Source: an uncultured Gammaproteobacteria bacterium (GTDB taxonomy: Bacteria; Patescibacteriota; Microgenomatia; Levybacterales; UBA12049). From it: DNA of 64,000 bases. Positions within the stretch are counted from its first letter, which is position 1. Each line of letters opens with the position of its first letter. A model generated the notes under the pieces. The model had not been told where the DNA came from. It saw only the letters and a list, made by a program, of their open reading frames with translations, and made no database searches. Made by a program: the position numbers and the translations under genes. The DNA is taken from NCBI GenBank assembly GCA_964512695.1, contig CAZEJU010000003.1, positions 9,897 through 73,896 on the forward strand, written 5' to 3'. Below, one piece after another: positions 57,851 to 64,000 of this stretch.

Positions 57851-59728
57851 GTGGTATACAATGCATTATACCTTATGGAAAACCCCATCCTCAAGCAGGT
57901 GAATCATGAACAAAAACAAGCAATTCTTCACACTGATGGCCCGACAATAGTACTTGCAGGAGCAGGGTCTGGCAAGACTCGCGTATTAACATATAAAGTT
58001 TTATATTTAATTCTTGAGAAGCATGTCGATCCAGACACTATTCTTATGGTCACGTTTACCAATAAAGCAGCTAATGAAATGAAAGAACGTATTCAGTCTT
58101 TCTTTAAAAATTTACCTTTAGAGAAAACGTTTTCTACTCAACCTTTCATTTCTACATTCCACTCATTATGTGCTAAATTGTTGCGAAAAGAAGCAAAATA
58201 TCTTGGTTTTTCACCACATTTTGTTATTTACGATGATCAAGATCAATTAGATGCTATCAAAGAATGTATGAGTCGATTATCAATATCTCCCAAAGACACG
58301 AAACCAAATAGTGTCTTAGCTACTATTTCTCAAGCAAAAAATGAACTTGTTTCACCCGAAGATTATGGTTTGTTTGCCCGGGGAACATTTCAGCAGACTG
58401 TCGCGAAACTGTATACACAGTACCAGCAACTTCTGAGAGAACATGACGCAGTCGACTTTGATGATCTCATTTTTCATGTAGTAACTCTGTTTAAAACCTC
58501 ACCCCAAATCTTAGAAAAATATCAAAACCAGTTCCGGTATATTCTCATTGATGAATATCAAGATACTAATAGAGCACAATATGTTTTAACAAAAATGCTT
58601 GCACAAATTCATAATAATGTCTGTGTGGTCGGTGATTTCTCACAAAGTATTTATTCTTGGCGGGGAGCCGATTACAGAAATCTGTTACGGTTTAAAGAAG
58701 ATTTCCCGAATACGAAAACTTTTTCTTTATCACAAAACTATCGATCAACGCAGAAAATCCTCGATGGCGCTTCAACAGTTATTGCGAAAAACACATCGCA
58801 CCCAGTACTTTCACTCTGGACAGAAAATCCAAGCGGTGAGGAAATTGAAATTTATGAAGCCGTTAACGAACAAGATGAAGCAGATTTCATTATAAAGACA
58901 ATCTATTCTATAGGTATGAGCAAGTTAGACAGTATGGCTGTTCTCTATCGTACAAACGCACAATCTCGTGTAATTGAAGAAGCGTTTCTGCACCATGGTA
59001 TTCCTTATACACTGATAGGAGGAACCCGCTTTTATGAGCGTAAAGAGATTAAAGACGTACTATCATATTTACGTTTTTTTCGTAACCCAAAAGATATGAT
59101 TTCTTATAAGCGTTTAGAAAAAATAGGAAAAACAAGATTAAAAAAATTTCAAACCTTTAAAGAAGTAGCTGATCCAGAAGAAGAAAACCAAACAATTGAT
59201 ATTATGGACGAAATTATCAAAGTAACAAACTATTTAGATCTCTACGATGAGAATGATGAACAGGATAGAACGCGGCTTGAGAATATTAAAGAGCTTCGTT
59301 CAGTAGCTCTAGCCTTTCCTAGTCTTACAGATTTTCTCGAAAACGTTGCACTTGTTGAAAATGAATATATTACAGAAAAGACCGCAAATGAAGAGAAAAA
59401 AAATGCTATTACATTAATGACTCTTCATGCAGCAAAAGGCCTAGAATTCCCAATTATTTTTATGATTGGAATGGAAGAGGGGATATTCCCTCATAGTCGA
59501 TCACTTATGAATAGGGAAGAACTAGAAGAAGAACGGCGATTATGTTATGTAGGGATGACGCGTGCTAAAGAGAAGCTATATTTAACATATGCTAGAAGAA
59601 GAATATTTTTCGGTCAACGAACGAATAATTCCGTCTCTCGATTTATTTTCGATCTTCCTGAACACGTAATTAGTAAAAATTTTGAATATACTAAAGTTAA
59701 ACGTGAAGGTATGATGGACTACTTCTAA
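57851..59728 (+). CDS. UvrD/PcrA-family ATP-dependent DNA helicase
   Basis: LAGAGSGKTRVLTYKV (Walker A), DEYQDTN, VGD..QSIY.WRGA, YRS, TLHAAKGLEFP, VGMTRAK. Confidence 0.85.
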   Translation: MVYNALYLMENPILKQVNHEQKQAILHTDGPTIVLAGAGSGKTRVLTYKVLYLILEKHVDPDTILMVTFTNKAANEMKERIQSFFKNLPLEKTFSTQPFISTFHSLCAKLLRKEAKYLGFSPHFVIYDDQDQLDAIKECMSRLSISPKDTKPNSVLATISQAKNELVSPEDYGLFARGTFQQTVAKLYTQYQQLLREHDAVDFDDLIFHVVTLFKTSPQILEKYQNQFRYILIDEYQDTNRAQYVLTKMLAQIHNNVCVVGDFSQSIYSWRGADYRNLLRFKEDFPNTKTFSLSQNYRSTQKILDGASTVIAKNTSHPVLSLWTENPSGEEIEIYEAVNEQDEADFIIKTIYSIGMSKLDSMAVLYRTNAQSRVIEEAFLHHGIPYTLIGGTRFYERKEIKDVLSYLRFFRNPKDMISYKRLEKIGKTRLKKFQTFKEVADPEEENQTIDIMDEIIKVTNYLDLYDENDEQDRTRLENIKELRSVALAFPSLTDFLENVALVENEYITEKTANEEKKNAITLMTLHAAKGLEFPIIFMIGMEEGIFPHSRSLMNREELEEERRLCYVGMTRAKEKLYLTYARRRIFFGQRTNNSVSRFIFDLPEHVISKNFEYTKVKREGMMDYF

Positions 59729-59782
59729 GATAGTAAATACAATAAAAAATAGTTATAAAAAAAATTATTTTATATATTCAAT

Positions 59783-60847
59783 ATGGTAATAAAAGAAATT
59801 ACTGAACATGATAAAAAAGCATTCAATAAAGTAGTATCCCATCCTCTCCAATCCTATGAGTGGGGTGAATTTCGGAAAAAAACAAACGTAAAAGTTATAA
59901 GACGTGGTATTTTTAAAACTAACAAACTCATTGATGGGTTTCAATTAACGATACACCCTATCCCTAAGACACCGTGGACAATTGGATATCTGCCGAAAGG
60001 CAATATTCCCACTGAAGAGGTTCTTCATGAACTGAAAGTAATTGGAAAAGCAGAAAAATGTATCTTTATTCAGTTAGAACCGAATGTAAAGGCAAGAGAA
60101 GGCAGATTACAAATAAACAATATAATTCATAATTCTCAGTTCTTAATGCATAATTCCGAACATCCTCTTTTTACGAAATATACATTTATTCTCAATCTTA
60201 CAAAATCAGAAGAAGAGCTATTAAAAAGTATGCATTCTAAGGCAAGATATAACATTAAGATTGCGAAAAAACATGGCGTTGAAATCATATTTAACTCCTC
60301 AGAAGAAACATTACAAACTTTTCTCCGTTTAAATAGTGAAACAAATACTAGACAAAAATTTTATACTCGTCCGGATTGGCACTTTAAAGAAATGAAAAAG
60401 TTATTTAATGAATTTCCAGTAGACGATAAAAATCAACCTAGGGAAGGGGATAGCGATGATCATTTAAGGATGCAAATCTTAACAGCCACATATAAAAGTA
60501 AACCTTTAGTTTCGTGGATTCTATTTTCTTTTCATGATACGTTATATTATCCCTATGGAGCGTCAAGCAGTGAACATCGAGAGGTTATGGCATCTAGCCT
60601 TATAATGTGGGAAGCAATACGCTTAGGTAAAAACTTACGTCTTAAAAATTTTGATATGTGGGGTGCGCTAGAACCGAATCCAGATCCACAGAATCCTTGG
60701 TTTGGTTTTCATACTTTTAAACAAAAGTATGGACCTGAACATGTAGAGTTCATAGGAAGTTATGATTTTATTATTAATAAATCACTTTACCAAGTTTACA
60801 AAATAGCTAATAAACTACGCTGGCTTTATTTACGTTTTAAAAAGTAA
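59783..60847 (+). CDS. FemAB/FemX-family peptidoglycan bridge aminoacyltransferase
   Basis: Collinear resemblance to FemX (QSYEWGEF, KSMHSKARYNIKIAKK, YYPYGASS..H...A...I.WEAI, FKQKYG). Confidence 0.6.
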   Translation: MVIKEITEHDKKAFNKVVSHPLQSYEWGEFRKKTNVKVIRRGIFKTNKLIDGFQLTIHPIPKTPWTIGYLPKGNIPTEEVLHELKVIGKAEKCIFIQLEPNVKAREGRLQINNIIHNSQFLMHNSEHPLFTKYTFILNLTKSEEELLKSMHSKARYNIKIAKKHGVEIIFNSSEETLQTFLRLNSETNTRQKFYTRPDWHFKEMKKLFNEFPVDDKNQPREGDSDDHLRMQILTATYKSKPLVSWILFSFHDTLYYPYGASSSEHREVMASSLIMWEAIRLGKNLRLKNFDMWGALEPNPDPQNPWFGFHTFKQKYGPEHVEFIGSYDFIINKSLYQVYKIANKLRWLYLRFKK

Positions 60848-60867
60848 CTCTATCTAACGCTTCTTCT

Positions 60868-61404
60868 CTATGATTTAATTTTATACACATATATTTTCTG
60901 AATTTTATCATGTCTTACTAATGGTAAATAGCTTATTGGATAAATATAGCTAATCACTCTTGTACCCGGCTTTAGTTCTTTTACTAACTTCTTTTTCAAC
61001 TTTGTAATAACTCTTGGAACTAAGTAAAGGTAAACAACTGAAGCAGGGGAGAGGTCTACACTAAAAAAGTCCTTTCTAAGAAATGTAACTTTATCTCGAG
61101 GAATATTGTTTTTTTTAGCTTTCATTTTTGACCACCATATCCGAGATTTACTTGATTCAACTCCAACTGCAGTTGCTCCAAATTCTTTAACTATAGTAAC
61201 TATGGTTGTTCCTGTACCTGAGCCTAACTCATAAAAAATATCTCTTTTAGTTATACGTGCTAATCTACCTATTTCTCGTGAAACTTCTGTTGAAGTGGAC
61301 CACCAGGGTGACCAAGGACTATCCGTGGGAAGAAACCATGTTAATAGGTAAAGAACAATAAGAATTGCTATTAATACAAATATTTGAGTAACAATAAAAA
61401 CCAT
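60868..61404 (-). CDS. small membrane-anchored SAM-dependent methyltransferase
   Basis: N-terminal TM, YELGSGTGTTIV motif I. Confidence 0.5.
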   Translation of the reverse strand: MVFIVTQIFVLIAILIVLYLLTWFLPTDSPWSPWWSTSTEVSREIGRLARITKRDIFYELGSGTGTTIVTIVKEFGATAVGVESSKSRIWWSKMKAKKNNIPRDKVTFLRKDFFSVDLSPASVVYLYLVPRVITKLKKKLVKELKPGTRVISYIYPISYLPLVRHDKIQKIYVYKIKS

Positions 61405-61454
61405 ACATGTTATTGTATAGTAAAATTTGAAAATGGAGTATAGGCAAAGTAGAA

Positions 61455-61784
61455 TTATTTATCTATTTTTTGTCGACTACTTTTATTTTTTTTAAAAATG
61501 TTAATTACTTTTGCTTTTATATTGTTCCTCTCCACTAAACCAAACACTTTACTATCCGTACTTCTAGATACATTATCACCTATAAGGAAAAATTTCTTAT
61601 TTTTTATGTCAGCTAATCTTTTTATTATAGGACGTTTATCTCTCGGGTCTTCACATAGTATCAAATCTCCTATTTCAGGATTTTTAAAAAAGTAGGGAAG
61701 AGGGGAGACTAGTACGATATCTCCAGGGTTCAGTGTTGGTATCATACTATTACCAGTAACTGTACATTTTTTTAAAATAAACAT
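61455..61784 (-). CDS. sodX: S26 signal-peptidase-like protease, probable NiSOD maturation peptidase SodX
   Basis: GNSMIPTL (catalytic Ser), IKRL (catalytic Lys box), GDNVSRSTDSKVFG. No TM helix. Immediately downstream of sodN. Confidence 0.65.
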   Translation of the reverse strand: MFILKKCTVTGNSMIPTLNPGDIVLVSPLPYFFKNPEIGDLILCEDPRDKRPIIKRLADIKNKKFFLIGDNVSRSTDSKVFGLVERNNIKAKVINIFKKNKSSRQKIDK

Positions 61785-61889
61785 TTTCTATAAAATTGTG
61801 TAAATACGTGATACTTTAACTCATTTTACTATGATATTACGTAATTTCGTGAAAAATTGATAAAAAATATAGTAAATATTTCACAGGGG

Positions 61890-62330
61890 CTATTTAGCAG
61901 TCGCTTTCGTCTGGTGAAAAATATCTGCTATTTCATCCACTGCCCTGACTAATTCCTGAGCAGCTTCTTTATTCACTTCTTGCTTATTTTTCGAGACTAG
62001 TTTCATTGCTTTCCAAAATTTATCGTGTAAATGGGGAAATTTTTCGAGGTGTTCAGGCTTAAAATAATCAGCCCATAATATCATAAGTTCTTCTTTACAT
62101 TTCCGTCCATGCTCTTCTTTCGTCCAAATAGCTCTTATTAATTTATTTCTATCGTTTAGCGATTTAGTTGATTGGTCAACACTTTCAATAATCTCAACCA
62201 TTTTTAATATAGTGGCAGCAGCATTCTGTGCTATTCCCGGATCATATATACCACAAGGAACATCACAATGTGCATATACAGTTTCTGAAGGAAGAAAATT
62301 TATGACTTTACGTAATATAGTATGAAACAT
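61890..62330 (-). CDS. sodN: nickel-containing superoxide dismutase precursor
   Basis: Ni-hook HCDVPCGIYDP directly after a 20-aa propeptide. LWADYFKPEHLEKFPHLH block conserved with Streptomyces NiSOD. Confidence 0.85.
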   Translation of the reverse strand: MFHTILRKVINFLPSETVYAHCDVPCGIYDPGIAQNAAATILKMVEIIESVDQSTKSLNDRNKLIRAIWTKEEHGRKCKEELMILWADYFKPEHLEKFPHLHDKFWKAMKLVSKNKQEVNKEAAQELVRAVDEIADIFHQTKATAK

Positions 62331-62740
62331 AGACCTACCTTACAATATACAATTCTATATGTCAATACATTTAATAACATCATATGCTTAAACCGTACTA
62401 TCCTCACCTGTTTAGCAAACCACTATGGTGTTTGATCAGCTATTATCTACTACTAACTATATCAAAATAATCGTTTCTATATTTTCGTATTTTTTTCATT
62501 TTACAAGCAGTTGACTATATATTAAGAAAGATAATAGTTATCCACATTTCTTTTCTTATCTTTCAGGTCGTACAATATTTTTAGCTTACTCGCAGAGTAG
62601 AGAAGTTTATTGTAGTAAACAACATTTTATACAATCACTATATATAGATCTCATTTCTTTACACATCAATACCCCACCCTTTTCCCTATCCTTTATTCCC
62701 TACTCTCATATTGACGCTCTTCTAGATAATTTGGTACGCT

Positions 62741-63790
62741 ATGTATATGTCTAAAAAAGTTAAAAAGCGGTTAAAGGCTACTTCATCTAAAAGGCTTTTT
62801 CGATCACGGGGTTTTATCGCTGATTTCGCAATTATCATTCTAGCTGTGGTCTTAGGTATTTTCTTAATAGGCAACCTATTTCCAAAAATCCCAAGCTCTT
62901 CTAATCCACTTGATCAGTATGAAATCGATGCCACTATAGATCCTACAGTCCATAATAATCTACAGTTAAAAACATTTAAATTCCAAAAATGTTTAGCTTC
63001 CATCGCAATTAGCTTCTTAATTGATCAATCAGGGTCTATGGACGACTTTATTAACCGTGCAGATCGCTCAAAAGGAACGAAATTAGCCAATTTACAGACA
63101 GGCCTCCGATATTTTGCAAGTAGATTTCCTGATAAAGGAGCTATAGCTTTACAAATTCATAAAACTAATAGTGACTGGCCGATCCCAATAAAGTATAACC
63201 AACTACTCGTAGATTATGGCTATTTCCAAGATAAAAAAACACAATTTTTACAGCAAATTGCTGGCTTTTCGCCGCTAGGAGCTACTTATTCGAAAGATGC
63301 GTTTACCGAACTGAAAACAAATCTTTTTAGAGCTATCGATAGTAATATATTCCCTAATTCATATAAATTTGCAGTTGTTTATATTTCAGACGGTATCCCG
63401 GAAACTGCAGAAATGAATAACAAATATTTCAATCCGACTGCAGGGCTTGGAGGATCTTTATGTAATCCAATAGATGCCACCGACACTGCGTTAGGTGTAC
63501 GTTGTACTCCATATACAAATGTACGAACGAATAGATCTTCCTGTCGTTGTTTAGACCCTAACCAGGACCCTAGAAGCGTAGCAGATGAAATAAAGGCCAG
63601 AGGAATACGCATATTTACTATACGCTACATAGGTGACGCTGATGGTTATTTCGACGACGATTTACAGCGCATTATGGAAGGAATCGCAACAACACCCCAA
63701 GATGCCTATGTCGCTCCTCTTAATGAACAATTAGATAAAGTAATCGACCAAATCGCTACGCGAGCCTGCTCAACACTTAGTCCTCTTTAA
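62741..63790 (+). CDS. membrane-anchored von Willebrand factor A (VWA) domain protein
   Basis: N-terminal TM, MIDAS motif LIDQSGSMDD, Cys-rich C-terminal region. Confidence 0.65.
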   Translation: MYMSKKVKKRLKATSSKRLFRSRGFIADFAIIILAVVLGIFLIGNLFPKIPSSSNPLDQYEIDATIDPTVHNNLQLKTFKFQKCLASIAISFLIDQSGSMDDFINRADRSKGTKLANLQTGLRYFASRFPDKGAIALQIHKTNSDWPIPIKYNQLLVDYGYFQDKKTQFLQQIAGFSPLGATYSKDAFTELKTNLFRAIDSNIFPNSYKFAVVYISDGIPETAEMNNKYFNPTAGLGGSLCNPIDATDTALGVRCTPYTNVRTNRSSCRCLDPNQDPRSVADEIKARGIRIFTIRYIGDADGYFDDDLQRIMEGIATTPQDAYVAPLNEQLDKVIDQIATRACSTLSPL

Positions 63791-64000
63791 ATTGCAAAAA
63801 TACCCGAATGTATTATTTCTTACATAGTGTAACCGAAAAGTTTTTGAGTGTATCCTGAAGACAATTCAAAATCTGAGAATGAGTAGTTATTTACGTTTCA
63901 AAAAGTCACATTTGAAGATACGCGAGCTGTTTACCAACGGAAGTGTGCAAATGCACGATTAGCTTCAGCTTGTTTATGCATGACGTCTTTCTTTTTCATG

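Noticed and set aside
62331-62740. 410-nt AT-rich non-coding region upstream of the VWA gene with TTGACG/TTGACT-like hexamers
   Set aside because: Possible promoters, but spacing to any TATAAT-like box is poor and AT-richness makes chance matches likely. Not called.
1-64000. Searched for CRISPR arrays, tRNA/rRNA genes and transposase/integrase genes
   Set aside because: No regularly spaced direct repeats with unique spacers, no cloverleaf-compatible segments in the larger intergenic regions (1100-1340, 28816-29133, 30699-30867, 41662-41900, 62331-62740), and no DDE or tyrosine recombinase motifs were seen.
63901-64000. 22-codon minus-strand ORF at the window edge (MKKKDVMHKQAEANRAFAHFRW)
   Set aside because: Too short, edge-truncated context, and no support for a leader peptide.

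Overview
Low-GC window of about 35% GC with dense coding. It looks like a Candidate Phyla Radiation (Patescibacteria)-type bacterial chromosome. The backbone is a minus-strand ribosomal-protein supercluster (tuf, then S10/spc/alpha operon genes rpsJ through rplQ, then rplM-rpsI) spanning about 11.8-30.7 kb. rplO follows rpsE directly with no rpmD (L30) between them, which is a known CPR trait. Several r-proteins carry N- or C-terminal extensions, and L24 has an unusual C-terminal CxxC...CxxC motif. fusA lies about 8 kb from tuf without rpsL or rpsG. The gap is filled by a minus-strand island of nucleotide-sanitising and envelope hydrolases (HAD, Nudix, MazG-like, HD, PIG-L, SGNH, GH-like). The 5' region (0-10.5 kb) holds secreted and membrane proteins plus two different pairs of tandem paralogous hypothetical genes. 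The 3' half holds PilN/PilO-like genes next to a large FN3 and Ser/Pro/Thr-rich surface protein, followed by a glycosylation cluster: two tandem PMT/ArnT-like GT-C enzymes, a methyltransferase, a GT4, an SDR epimerase, a YYY-motif giant membrane protein and an LCP ligase. After these come tpiA, a UvrD-like helicase, a FemX-like transferase, a nickel superoxide dismutase (sodN) with its SodX-like maturation peptidase, and a VWA protein. No rRNA, tRNA, CRISPR array or transposase was recognised. A recurring family of long imperfect intergenic palindromes built from short A/T-rich repeat units (TTTTGAG/CAAAAC-like) sits in normally tight r-protein junctions and elsewhere.
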